A DNA stretch of 64,000 nt from Amoebophrya sp. A120 (taxonomy: Eukaryota; Protista; Dinoflagellata). The translations under genes and the position numbers were made by a program. The stretch is from assembly GCA_905178155.1 (NCBI GenBank), contig CAJINV010000020.1, positions 496,001-560,000 on the forward strand. The letters are read 5' to 3'. The notes beneath the pieces are model-generated. The model was not told the DNA's origin. It worked only from the letters and a program-made list of their open reading frames with translations, and made no database searches. Each line of letters begins with the position of its first letter. The first letter of the stretch is position 1. Shown piece after piece: positions 38,001-49,800 of the stretch.

Positions 38001-38399
38001 GCAACAAGCATGTCGAGCAACGACCGTGAGGACGAGGACAACACTGAGAGGTCAGCGCGGAGCAGCAGACATGAGTTACGCGAGCAAGACGAACAGCGTG
38101 ACCCGGATCATGCAGAAGTCTCTTCTTCGAAACCTAAGCTGCGGGGCGGGGGAGCCCCCAAAAATATGATGAGCGTGCAAAGAGAAGAACGACAAGACGG
38201 CGCGCAACTACCCCCTCCTGCACAAAATCAAAAAATGAATCAGCAGACGAGCAGAGGACAAGGACTTCCGGAAAAAGAAAAGAACAGCGAGCCTACTACG
38301 GCTGCGGCGGACCACGATGATCCCGGCGACAAGGACCGAGGCAGTGCTCGTCCTGTTGACACGGCCCGCTTGCAGGAGTATGTGATAGAGCTTGACTAG
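11009..38399 (+). CDS. Large Cys-rich PAN/Apple-repeat protein (~2161 aa), probable secreted or surface adhesin, 18 introner introns
   Basis: Exons 11009-11961, 12295-12521, 12888-13034, 13322-13625, 13806-14057, 14393-14462, 14773-14858, 15142-15178, 15399-15410, 15720-15829, 16233-16528, 17128-17249, 17534-17697, 17973-18340, 18608-18799, 20958-21804, 22131-22174, 35879-36217, 36484-38399 sum to 6486 nt, open throughout. Repeated C-x3-C-x5-C-x2-F...C-x-L/F motifs (ECRYLCAETPECAGF), Thr-rich linkers, two W.VEFRD...TG modules. Start uncertain. Confidence 0.85.
11962..12289. mobile_element. Introner family B
   Basis: TSD gcggg. Confidence 0.9.
12522..12882. mobile_element. Introner family A
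   Basis: TSD cctgg; internal (GAT)n tract near 12674-12695. Confidence 0.9.
13035..13316. mobile_element. Introner family G
   Basis: TSD gtttt. Confidence 0.9.
13626..13800. mobile_element. Introner family C
   Basis: TSD gaccc. Confidence 0.9.
14058..14387. mobile_element. Introner family B
   Basis: TSD atcgg/gtcgg. Confidence 0.88.
14463..14767. mobile_element. Introner family B
   Basis: TSD ccctg. Confidence 0.9.
14859..15136. mobile_element. Introner family A
   Basis: TSD aactc. Confidence 0.9.
15179..15393. mobile_element. Introner family H (single copy in window)
   Basis: TIR tatgcaaggaaaaaactgtgtaagtgta/tacacttacacactttttttcttggata; TSD acacc. Confidence 0.9.
15411..15714. mobile_element. 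Introner family B
   Basis: TSD acaac; starts TAC. Confidence 0.88.
15830..16227. mobile_element. Introner family D
   Basis: TSD caagg; ~90-bp extra segment near 16092-16180. Confidence 0.9.
16529..17122. mobile_element. Introner family A with nested insert
   Basis: TSD gatgc; internal 37-bp direct repeat. Confidence 0.88.
17250..17528. mobile_element. Introner family A
   Basis: TSD gtacc. Confidence 0.9.
17698..17967. mobile_element. Introner family A
   Basis: TSD cagct. Confidence 0.92.
18341..18602. mobile_element. Introner family A
   Basis: TSD cgggg. Confidence 0.92.
18800..20952. mobile_element. Introner family B expanded by a nested repeat element
   Basis: TSD gtgca; removal gives KTGCTEDTS in frame. 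Confidence 0.88.
19715..20522. repeat. GC-rich tandem array with core gggggcgccccgcccaggggcgcagaaacagg
   Basis: Core recurs about 9 times, roughly every 95-120 bp; produces long spurious ORFs. Confidence 0.85.
21805..22125. mobile_element. Introner family F
   Basis: TSD accgc; last base C instead of A. Confidence 0.88.
27350..28140. repeat. ~19-bp GGGGATCCGCC tandem array
   Basis: Alternating ggggatccgcccgctcccc / ggggatccgccttcgccca units. Confidence 0.9.
28600..29475. repeat. ~120-bp tandem repeat with GGAATCCTCTG subunits
   Basis: About 7 copies of caacttgggccagaggattcctgagaggattttggaatcctc...gaaatcgaggca. Confidence 0.9.
36218..36478. mobile_element. Introner family A
   Basis: TSD cacgc. 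Confidence 0.92.
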
Positions 38400-40449
38400 A
38401 AAGAAACCCGGCTCGTTCCCCGCCGGCAAGATCGGCCAGAAGAAGGGGGAGGCCACGAAGAGGACGAGCATGTGTGGGTACCACAGCGTGCGTTGTAGTA
38501 GTACTTCACACTGAGACTGACTATGTATCAAGAGATGTTACTGGTGTTCTTCATCGTCTTATCAGCGATCCGTTTTCGTTGTTGTTGTTGACCAGAAAAC
38601 ATCAAAACAAAATGCCGACGATGAAACAACGACTTTGGTGCCCTCGCAGGAGAAGTACGGGCACTCGCGTGGCTACGTCATCGGGAATGCAGCTTCCCTG
38701 CATGAGCTGGTAGCTCCTTCCACGTTGCTGCGCGAGCGTGGCTGAAGCGAGACCTTGCAGGACACGAAGACAAAGACGCGGAAAAATCCTGTTCTAAGAG
38801 GAAAAGATCCGGATTGGACACCAAGAATCAATTATGTTGGCGAGTGTTCAGATTGAAAAATCTTCTGTCAAGAAGCATGCAAAAATGGCGAGGAGCTGCT
38901 GTTTCTTGCATTGGAGCGCTGGCACCTCGTCGAAGCGGCAATCTCTTTTGGGTCCCGCGGCCATCGCACTCGACAGAAGATAGATTTCGAAGATGCAAAG
39001 ATTAAGATTAACTTACAGGTACATTGGATTAATAGCCTCATGCGCCGGATCGATATAATGATCAGACCGTAAACAAAAATTATGTCGGTGGTCTCGGGAC
39101 GACGGGTTTTTCTTCAGTTGCCCTTGCCCACGAAGAACCCGGTCGGCACTGGTGGTCCTGCATTTTTCCGCCTCGCTTCTGCCGTGGTGCGCCGCCCGGT
39201 GGAATCGCAGGGAGTAAATTTCGTCCCGCTGTGTTGCCGCGGCGGCCTTCATCACGGCGGATAGATCCCGTCATCCTCAGAAATTTTTCGCGCGGCCCGG
39301 CGGGCAGCGCCAAAAGAGCGGTCCCGCGTAGAAATGTGTTTCCAGCAGTTACGGTTGGGGTGCAAGAAAATTGTTCTCTTCGCGCTTGTTTTTTCTCCTT
39401 CTTGCTGAAAGTATTTCTAGACATTTTCAACACAGCAGAGAGCGCCAGCAGCTTGTTCCTGCGCAGCGTCGTCGAGAAGGTAAGGTCGAGGACTTCTCGA
39501 GGACTGCGACACCTTGACGCGCCTCCTGCTCGCTTGGGTAGAAGAAGAAGACCACGTAGAAGAAGTGCAGCTGCCACTGCACACGACGAGTCTTCAACAA
39601 CAATATCACCGGTAGCTTCCGACGCAAGTTACTCCAGTAACGGGCCCCCAAAACAGGAGAAGAAGAAACTTGAAAAAAACCTTAAAAAAACTGGAGCATT
39701 TTTGATTTATGGCATTGCAAAAAGCAGAAATCAAGAGGGGCGACCGGAGGACAAAAAAAAGGCACGGAACGGACGCGATTTCCGGTTTCTAAAAATAACA
39801 ATCGCGGCGGCGATTTTGAAAAACTAAGTTAGGTGAAGGGCGGGCGCAAATTAAAAATCCAAGGACTCGATCGGGAGGCTTTTTTTTCATTTTATAGCGC
39901 GCCAAAATCCAAATTTGTGCCGCAGGAATAGTCGTGCATAATTTTCACGCGAAGGCGCGCCATTTTCAAAACTTTATGCGTTCGACTAGGGGCAGATATT
40001 TTCCGCAGAAATGGGGCAGCATTTCGCACGAACTAGACGGTCGTGGGGCGCGGCTCTTCTTCATTTAGGTGGGGGCCGCCTCGATGCATTGGTTGCGCCG
40101 CTCGCGGGGATGTTCAAAATCCCTGCTTCGCACGGGTTCCGGCTGCCTGGGTGCCCGCGCTTGGCGGGCTGGTGGGGTTCTGGCTCTCGCGAGGCCTTTT
40201 TGTAGTGCCGAAGCGGCCCCACTCGGAGGGCTTGCCGGCACAGGCGGCGCAGCGGGCCGTCCTTCCCGGGTCCCCCCGGATGCCCTTTTATAATACGCAA
40301 AGCCCCGCGGCCCGCGCGACTCTGCGCAAGCAGCATCTGGGCCCCTAGGCTTGTATGCATAGGGGTGCCCACGCGTGTGGGCAGGCGGCCCGTGCTTGCG
40401 CGCCGTGTTTGCACGGGTTCCTTCGATCCGGTCTCGAAAATGAAGAAAA

Positions 40450-41175
40450 TCAAAAGTGTCACACCATCGGCCGGAGGGTGTGATACTTTTTGCCGCGGTG
40501 CTGTCATGGATGCAAAAAAACACGCAAAACCGGCGTCGACCATACCATTGGCTCTAGGGTGTGATACTTTTTGCCAGGATGAGTCCACGGAGGCCGAAAA
40601 TGGCGAAAGCGGCGCCGACCATGCCGTGGGCTCTAGGTTGTGATACTTTTTGCCAGGCTGCTACGGCGTTCAAACTTGCAACCCGGGGAAAGTGTTGGCG
40701 AAAATGCGCCACCTCCGCCGAAGCATCTCGGCAGCAGGCGAAAAAAACTTGGATCTGGCGACGTTTTTGGGCCAAAATCTGAAGGGCCCCGTCCACCATA
40801 CCACCGGGGCTAGCTTGCGACGGCTTCCAAGCACGCGACCCGGCTTGCAAGTTTATTCCAAGTTTATTTCAAGTTTTTGTTGCGATTCCGGCCGCCCGCG
40901 GGCGTGCCCAGTTTTGGGCCATTTCCTGAGGCCTGTCCACGAGCTGACGGAGCCGATTCGCGAGTCGCAAAAGCGGCGGCGCCTTCCGAAGGCGCCGGCC
41001 GAACTTGGGAAGGGGGGTAAATTCCTGAATTTTGGTGGTTTTCTTCGCCCATGGTGCCGCCGTGGTAAAAAGTATCACACCCTGGCGCCGATGGTACTGC
41101 TAACGCAGGTTGCCGCGATGGCGAAAGCGAAAAGCCTCGCCCGCGTGCCCGCCCTGCCAAAAAGTATCACGCCCC
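40450..41175. repeat. GGTGTGATACTTTTTGCC motif cluster in a GC-rich intergenic segment
   Basis: Three direct copies at ~80-bp spacing (40477, 40558, 40636) and inverted copies near 40452, 41067, 41156. Confidence 0.6.
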
Positions 41176-42018
41176 AGCGCCCATGGTATGGCCGGCCGCG
41201 CTTCCCGCCTGGCCGCCCGGCTGCTTGCTAAGCACGCCGCGCCCGCTGGCGCCGCCGGCCTGGGCGCGGCCGGCCCCCTCGCCCGCCCCGGCGGCCCACG
41301 GCGTTGGTTCGTGATTTCTACCGGCGCGCCGCGGCCGCACGCTCCAGGCCCATCGGTTGCGCCGGCCACCCGCCAGGGGGGGCTCCGACGAGCTGTGCGC
41401 GCGGGCGCCTTGGGCTATTCCGGACAAAGGAAAGGGCGAACCAGCGCGCCACCCCTAGCGCCCAACGCCGCCCGCCCGGGCTGGCCGGCGCGCCCCCTCC
41501 GACCGTACGGCCTGCCGGTCTTTTTGGGGTATCAGGCTCGGCGGCCTTTTCGGCATTGGCCGCCGCTGCGCGAAGCGGTCGGGCGGGCTGATTAGCGGCG
41601 GGCGCGTTTTTTTTTCTGGGTATCTATAACGAAAAAGCAGCGAAGGCGGCACCCAAAACAACCTACGCCCGGTCTGAATCTCGACAATAGGCAGCTTTGG
41701 TTGGAGCGGCCAATTGTCCGGATTCGGGTCGTGTTTTGATTTCAAAGCAAACGGGCATTGGTTCCTGGCACTAAACGTGAGAAACAGTATGAAAATGCAC
41801 AAAAAGCGTCGCACCGTTCCGCAGCTTGTCCTCCTGTTGTTGGTTTCAAAGTTGGGCGCGTCACACTCACAGGCGCGCTCACAGAGCAGCTTACGTTGAA
41901 GCTGTCGCGACCCTCGCGAATATGGGTCGCGCAAGTCTTTGGCAACTTAGTTGCAAGTTTCGATCTCCATAAAATTGGGGGTCCGTTCCACCAGTAAGCA
42001 AGAGGAACTGCGCCACCC

Positions 42019-44106
42019 ATGTTCTCGTCGCTCAGTAGAGCGAAGAAGAGTGGTCTTCTTGTCCACGACGGAACGGTGTCGACAAGAAGTGTCGTCTTGC
42101 CACCAGCACGGCGGGGGCTTAGTTCAGTAGTTGTGGATTCTTTATTCCGCCAAATCCAACCGCAAGGAGCATGCTTTGCGATTTTTCGCAAGATGAACAT
42201 GAGCAAGAACCAGTTGAACAAGATCAACATGAAGATTGGGGATGAAGCACAACATCAGGGTTCAGGACCGTACAATTCCTTTCAACATCTTCACAAGAAC
42301 ATTCTTTCCTGCTCTCTCGTCGTGCTGCAGAGCCGCGGGTTCGCGGGGCGGGCGGGCGGGCGAAAGAGGAAGCGGAAGTCGGACGTGGTGAAAACACCGC
42401 AGCTATCAACTGCAAAAATGTCTGGGTCTGGAAGATTGCAACTTGTCATGCTGTTTTTAGAGTCTAAAAACATTTGTAATGCATGACCAGCAAGAGAGGC
42501 GCAATCTGTGCTACACAGACAGGGCATTTCTCATGCGGAAGGTGCATCGGGAAGCCCTCTAAAAGTCTGCAATGCTAGGTCATGCATTACAGGCATCATG
42601 GGTCTGGGTCATGAGAAACATGCATGACAAATCTTGCATTCTTCCAGACCCAGACATTTTTGCATTTGATACCAGCAGAAGACGGAGCTCGGCAAGCGCA
42701 TGGAGTTCTACTGGCCCAAGGAGGCGCGACGGCTCCGGGTGGCACTTACAGAAAACAGTCGACTATGCATTTTTGCAATAAGTTCGTACTTATGAAGTAT
42801 GAATTTTTGCATGACAAATTTTTTCAAGAACAACAGAAATGCGATTTGTGTTGCTGGATCAGACAGAGAGTTAAATTTGTCATGCATGAAGACTGCAATT
42901 TTTACCAAGTACGAGTGCGATAATTTTGCAATGAATATCGACAGCACTTGGTCTACGACCACCGCTTCAAAACCTGGATGACGATGTGGTACAAGGACGG
43001 CATGCAGGTGTATGACACTGCACAACTCCCCCTCCCCCTCATTGGTATAATTGCATGAACAGCAACACAAACGCCAGCGACCCTGGAGCCTGTGCATGAC
43101 AGATATATCTGTGCCTACTGTAATACTGTTCGGGCTTTCGAAATTTGTCATGCAAACAGTGCCACAGCCACAGGGCAGCGACCGGATTTGGGATTTTGCA
43201 TGACAAATGAGGGGAAGGCGGAGTTGTGCACTGTCATAAAGTATTCAAGCGGCACGGGGGGAACCGCGCGCGCAGCGAGGGTTTTGAGCGGGCGCGGATG
43301 CGGGCGCTGCTGCTGTACAAGCAGCTGAAAGTGGCCAACAAGCTGGGAAAGCCAAAGCCCGACGTGACTTTCTCCGGCTATGGCGTTCTCAACTGTTACA
43401 TCCTCAGCTGTTACATGCATTTGTGATGCAAGAATGGCAAAAGTAACAGTAAGTAATAGAGAGGATCTTGCGCGTCTTGGATGACAGATTTGGCGCCGAT
43501 TGTCAGCCTGCTTGGCCCTCTGAGAATTTGTCATGCGAAGCAGCTTGATGGTGTCGCTTCTGAAGGCAATTTTGCATGACAAATCACGCAACAGCTGAGA
43601 ACGTAACGGTTGAGAACGCCATACCGGCGTGCGGGGCGTGATCTGGGACCGCGTCGAGCGCGCCTGGGTTTGCCGGTGGGGCGAGTCTATGGCCGGCAAA
43701 TATGTCTGGGTCCTCTGAAAGATTGCGAATCTTGTAATGCCTGTCTGGCACGACTGTGAAGTTTGTGATGCATGTTGCGAAAGAGCATACCTCTTTTGTA
43801 TTGCAAAATACGATTTCTCATGCGAGTACGCAAGACAGGGCTCGCCAAAAACTTGTCATGCTACGGGTCCTTTACAAAACCCAGCTTAGCATGACAACTT
43901 TCCAGACCCAGACATACTTGCAGTCGATAGAGGCCGGGCTGCAGCGATGGCACGCCTTCCCCGTCAACGCGGAGACGCCCTTCCAAGAGGCCTACACGCA
44001 AGCGGTGCGAATGCGCCTCCAAGTGCTACAGCGCAACCACCAATTCGTCATGCAGCGGACGCGCTGGAAAAACTTGCGGGACTGGCTCGGAACCAACAAA
44101 ACCTAG
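42019..44106 (+). CDS. AP2-domain protein (~301 aa), resembling small mitochondrial-type ApiAP2 proteins
   Basis: Exons 42019-42403, 42677-42763, 42943-43010, 43244-43378, 43629-43687, 43935-44106 sum to 906 nt. AP2-like repeats LVYDHRFKTWMTMWYKDG...FERAR and SGVRGVIWDRVERAWVCRW...FQEAYTQAV; R/S-rich N-terminus ending in SRGFA. Confidence 0.85.
42404..42671. mobile_element. Introner family A
   Basis: TSD gcagc/ccagc. Confidence 0.9.
42764..42937. mobile_element. Introner family C
   Basis: TSD tcgac. Confidence 0.88.
43011..43238. mobile_element. Introner family E
   Basis: TSD aggtg/aagta. Confidence 0.88.
43379..43623. mobile_element. Introner family F
   Basis: TSD ccggc. Confidence 0.92.
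43688..43929. mobile_element. Introner family A
   Basis: TSD gagtc/gaggc. Confidence 0.88.
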
Positions 44107-44674
44107 GCCCTACTAGAAACCTCCCCTAAGGGGAGATTTCTGGGAGTACTCAAATAATTTCTGGCGCGAAGATGAACTGGGGCACTACACGCGAGTCCGA
44201 AATTTTCTCTCTCTAGTGCGGTCCTCCTGTTAATATGCGACTTTTCTCGCAGTTCAGGATACTACCATTGACACTCGGAGCGAAGCCGCAACAGATACCA
44301 AAGCATGCTTGATCATCTTTTTCCGTACATAAAGTGTTCGTTACTACCAAATAAGTACTAGCACTGGCTCCATGTTGGGGGTTATGCCGATCATCATACG
44401 TGAACGTCGTGAAAACGCAATTATGCAGCTCTAGATCTACCAAGCTGTAATTGCATTGGAAAGTTCTCCTGTGGTGCGATCTGTACGGACACGATGATAA
44501 TTTTCAGACCTGCACGTGAGATGATGATGACCCCTGTCGAACTCTTTGTGAAACTAATTGCCCACCGTCTGCAGCTCAAAGTTTCGATCTGTTACTGCTT
44601 GATGATCCTGTTCTTGCAACTATCACATAGATGCAGATCTTGAGGCATCATGTCTGTGAGTATGTTTATCCGGG

Positions 44675-45214
44675 TTGACATCGGAGGAGAAGCGGCTCAA
44701 AGGGGTCAGGTGCAGATGCGACAGCTGCAAGAAGAGTAGTAAGGTTTGGAGCTTCAAGGACTTCTCTTGTCTTCGCTTGGCCTTCGTACACATGCGTGAG
44801 ATCAAGGAGCAGGCTGTGGTACAAGAATTCAAGCAGCAGGTCACCGCAAAGCTGAAGCAGCGACGCCCCCCGGAAGCTCCCCGCCCTCTTGTCCGCCGCC
44901 AGCGCGTGGACCCGCTAGTGCGTGCGAACGAAAAACGGAAATTGATCGACGGCGTCAGAGATCTTGTGCTCCCGCGCTACATTACGTTCACGAAAGATGA
45001 AAAACTCCTGGTCAAAGTGCCTCTGAAGGACGACCAAGGTGAGATGTGGCACCCGACAAAGACGCTGAAGCCTGAGGCGTATGGGAGCCCGGGCGCGGCT
45101 CTGGCGCAGGCGATCGAGTACCGGGACGAGTTTATCAGCACCCGCGACCAACAGATTTCGAGACTCAAGCGCCAGCGTGCTGCACGGGAAGCGGCGCGCG
45201 CGGACCCGCAGTAG
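44675..45214 (+). CDS. Hypothetical protein, possible divergent AP2-like domain (5' end unresolved)
   Basis: 179-codon open frame with coding-like composition; LPRYITF...KTLKPEAYG...ALAQAIEYRD resembles an AP2 helix; no ATG at the ORF start. Confidence 0.55.
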   Translation: MTSEEKRLKGVRCRCDSCKKSSKVWSFKDFSCLRLAFVHMREIKEQAVVQEFKQQVTAKLKQRRPPEAPRPLVRRQRVDPLVRANEKRKLIDGVRDLVLPRYITFTKDEKLLVKVPLKDDQGEMWHPTKTLKPEAYGSPGAALAQAIEYRDEFISTRDQQISRLKRQRAAREAARADPQ

Positions 45215-46888
45215 TAGTAGTTGCAGACGCACACGCAACACGGCCCTCACACACGACGACGGAGCAACTTTGGTAACACTAAGCCCCCCAGGATGAACAC
45301 GCGGTAAGTGATTTGTGCGTAGCAAATCACGATGCTATATGCGAGTTCAGCCTGTTCTTTTCCATCGATATGCAGATATACGAACGAGCGGACGTGAGGG
45401 CCGTGTTGCTACAGGAAAGAGGAAACTGAGGCTGGTCTAGTGTTCTACAGAAAGAGCGTCGCTTGCTAAAGTTAAATTTTCCCGCGAATAAGCCAGTAAA
45501 AACGTCTCGCCTGGTCCGCATGCTATGGTCCTAAAAGTACGCGAAAAAGTTAGTTCTCATCACTACAGAAGCTCGCCTGGTCCCCATCTAAAAATGTAGT
45601 TTTCGCCAACGAGTATAATTATTGTAACAAAAATGCTAGTTCTCAGTCAAGGGCGTAGTATGTCTTGTTTTTTCCTTTACCTTTTATCAACGTTGTTTAT
45701 CCATCTTAAGTCAAGGCACAGGTAGTGGCTCACTGTAGCTCTCGTTCCTCTTTTTCTCTCCACTAGTCCGTCCAGCTTTTTCTTTATCTATCTATCTAGC
45801 TTTCACTGGGGGTCTCTTGAGTTTCTCTCCAAAAAACTGTTGCACCGCCGCACCAACGAGTGCGAGCATACCAAACGGTAACGAGTATCCCCACCTGTGC
45901 ACGAGTATATCTCCACTTGGGGAAAGAAGCGCCTGTGTGGGCCGGGCGGTTTTGGTGCACTAGGGAAGTTTGATAGAGGGGTTCAGGGTTACTAAATCGG
46001 AAAATGAAAATGAAAAATTGATCCAGGCCGAGGTGATGTTGCATGCCGTAGTTAGGAATTTGCATACTAGGACCAAATAGTTGTAAGTGACTGATAACTT
46101 AAACAGGGTTTTAGGGTTAAAGACGTGGTGCTCCCGTCAGGCGCGTGAAGTTATTTCGTTGGCCAAGTAAAAGACTTTCAGCGTTCTTGTCGGGTTTATG
46201 GCCTAAGTTTCCCTGTCCCACCCAGTAAGCATGAGCGATTTCAGGCCGGGGTTTTGTATTATCGCGGGGGGAGGACAAGTTCGCTGTTAGCCGCCTCTAC
46301 TAGAATTTAGTATGCGTGGTCAAGTTATAGCTCATGAATAGCTCCAGCTGCACTCTTAAAGTTCTGGAACGCCGCCCGACAGCCGAGCCGAGCCGTAATA
46401 TTCTGATCTGATCTGACGTAGTATATGAAGAACAAGGAGAAACTTTAACTTTTTCAAAAACAAGAAGCAGAGCGAGCTCCTTAAGCGAGCCAAACAGCAG
46501 ACATAATTCCCTCTGGCAGTAGTACGATGCTATCACGATGCATTTTGGTCTTCCAACAAGATCTATTAGTGGACCGCATCGTCGACTAAAGTAAGAAGAA
46601 GAGGTACAGATTGATAATTAATGATGAATTAATCTTAATTATTACGCTTACCGTACTGTGAAGTTTAAGTTAGTAGATCTGATCACCGCAAGCGCAACGC
46701 GACCACTATCAATCTATACACCAGGTTCATTCTATCTCCATAATTCCGCTCTCTGCTGTCGCACGTGTCGTCGTGAGACGGGTATATTATAATAAGTACG
46801 TTACTTTTTCCAGAAACAATAATATCATCATCAACCCGCATAAAAAATACGTAAGCTTCTGAAACTAGCGTATCCTGCGAATAAAGTG

Positions 46889-49800
46889 ATGATGAGCGAA
46901 AAGATGATCTGCACGTCCTCGCACACGTCCGGCCCGCGCAAAAGCAGTTTTTTGCCGCGCGGTACCAGTACAACCGTCGTGTGGTCACTATGGCGTTCTC
47001 AAACGTTACATTCTCAACTGTTACATGAATTTGTCATGCGGAAATACCATGATCATCCACAAGATCAAGCTGCTTCGCATGACAAATTTGCGAAGGGCTA
47101 AACAGCAGCAAAATCTGCACAAAATTTGTAATGCAAAAGGCGCAATCTTCCTCCGTTGATTTTTTCCATTCTTGCATCACAAATCCATGTAACACTTGAG
47201 AATGTAACAGTTGAGAGCGCCATAGTCACGAGCGCGTCGTGCCGTTGCGCTCCTGTCCGTGGCCGGTACGACACTCCTCTCGTCCCCCTGGTCGCCTTTG
47301 TTGGAACATGAATTCGAGACCTCCAAAAATTTTGTCGGGGCCGTGCAACTGGCAGGAAAATTTTCCCCGAGATCTCGGGTCGGCGGTCAGGAAAATCAAC
47401 ATCAATCTCAGGAACCACTGAATGCTTCGCAGCTGAGCGTTCAGGGGCCGTTTCAGCTGCAGAACCCCATTCCCGCGGACCAGCACCCGGATGAGTACAC
47501 GGGGAAAGGCGACTTCAAGCTGGTGCCGCACACGCTCCGGCTGATGCAGGAACAAAAACTGCCGGGTCCTTTCTACATCGCCGCTATCCACGGGGTGCAG
47601 CGCGCGGGAAAGAGCACTTTGTTGTCCTTTCTGGCCCGCCGCATCCTGCAACTGGAGGTCGGGGAGAAGAAGTGGGAGCAGGTACCAGTATACAACTGAT
47701 GTAGTACAACTTCTGTAGACCATATTATCGGTATTCTACAGCTAAGCCTAAGAGTCGTTCTTGATGTATCTACAGCTAAGAGTGGTAAATGATGTAGTAA
47801 GCTAGTCCACACCACCTCGGCAATGGGAGATGAAGGTGTTCTTGAGATCGATGTGGTTGATCAACACCCGCTCATGTGGTTCCGCGACGAAAGTGAAACA
47901 ACGGCCCCTGGTTGAGTCACAGCTTTAGTCTTGTATGTTAAAACTCAATATAATCTGTAGTATGGCGTAGGGCCGCCAGGAGCGCGAGGAGGACCTCCGC
48001 AGGAACATACTGGTACAACAGCGGGACGAGCAGACCACTAGGTGGTGCAAATACCAGCAGATCTTCGTGAGAGCAAAGTGCGGTAGTACCAGGAGCTTCT
48101 AGCTGTACAACTTGCACAGCTTCTCTTGCACAGTACACACTTGCACAACTTGCACAAGAAGGAAGTTCTTGTGCTGAAAAATGTGCACAACTTACTATGC
48201 CAACGACGAGTACATCAACATCTTCATCAATTTGAACTTAAGTACATGATCTCTCAGGTGCCGCAGCAGGTGCAGAAGTATCGGTTCGCGACCTCCAACC
48301 AGCTGACGTCCCACACCAAGGGCCACTGGATCTGTTGGTTTCCCTTCCGCGGCGGCACCATGATTCTGATGGACAGCGTATCCTGAGTAAAAACGTCCCC
48401 ACACCAGAGTTGTCATGCAGATTTGCATTGACAAGGTCAAGGACATTTGTGATGCGCATACCCATGGTAGCCATTTCCAATCGTGTTTTGGAATTTGTGA
48501 TGCTGTGAACAGGATAAGCAGATGGATCTGTGACGCGGCTGCACTTGCTAACCTGCACTACGCTATGGAGTGCAACTTGTCATGCGTGACTCACAAAACT
48601 CCTAGGTTTGTATTGCAAAATCCCCATCCTGACTCTGGTGTGGGTACGTTTTTACCCAGGATACAGCGAAGGGGCCAGCAACCCGGGCCGCGACGAGAAG
48701 TTCGACCCCAAGCTGTTTTCTTTCACCTACGGCCTGGCCAGCGTGGTCATGTTCCGCCCCGAGAGCTATTACAATGAAAAACGCCCCCTCCGCATATCAA
48801 AATGGAAATCTGTGATGCAGATTTGGGGTCACAAATCAGCTCTGTATTGCAGAGAGGCATTGCGGCCAGATCCCCCGGCTAGGTAGGCGCGTATGGGTCT
48901 AGTTGTTCAGCATGGCAAACGGCTCCCCTTTAGTCCCAAGAGCATGACAAATCGCTTGCATAATGGGGCGGACGCTTCTGCCCTCGTCTCCTTGCAAGAC
49001 AGATGTGATTTGTGGCCTCAAATCCGCAACGCAAATTTTTGCAAACATACATTTTCGATATGGGGAGGGGGGATTTTTCCTCTCAATAAGAGCCGCATCA
49101 ACGACCGCACCGCGCTCCGCATGCTCACCGTGGGGCTGGAGGTGGCGCGTCGCGCCCTCACGGCCACCCAGGCCGCGGCCTGCGGGAAGCCGTCGGTGCC
49201 CAAGACCACGGGGGGTGGAGCAGCTAGTGCTACAGTCGACCCAGATGTAGACGAGGTGGCGAACAAGTTCCGAAAGATTTCGATGCAGACGGGTGGAGGA
49301 AGTTCTGCTGGCTCAAACGGAGCAGGAGCAGCGGACTGCGACAAGACGTTGATGATCTTGCTCCGGGATTGCGCGTGTGAAGGGGGCGACATTCCGGAAA
49401 ACTGGGTGCACCACCGCGAGGCCTGCTGCGACGCCGAGAACGGGTCCTTGTTCACCGATCCACCGGGGGAGAAGTCCTCGGCGCCGAGCGGGTGGACCAA
49501 GGTCGACGGAGTAACATCTTCGGCTCCTTCGGCCGCGACGAACAAGGCGTCCCGATACCCGCTGCATATGGAGCACATCTTTTTGTTCCCGAACCCCTTC
49601 GAGGACATCGAGACGAAGCAGTTGCGGGTCGCCGCCAAGAAGGACCTGGTGGCGGCCTACGACACGGTATCAAAGTGAAAAAAGGCCCCACCCCATATCA
49701 AAACGAAACTTCTGATGCTGGATTTGCGTACACAAATCAGATTTGTCTTGCAGTAGAGGCCTGCAGGCCCATATCATGCCAATATAGAGAAGTTTTGGCC

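Noticed and set aside
39231-41934. Several 100-200 aa ORFs in the intergenic GC-rich block
   Set aside because: No recognisable domains, overlapping on both strands, consistent with chance ORFs in GC-rich DNA.
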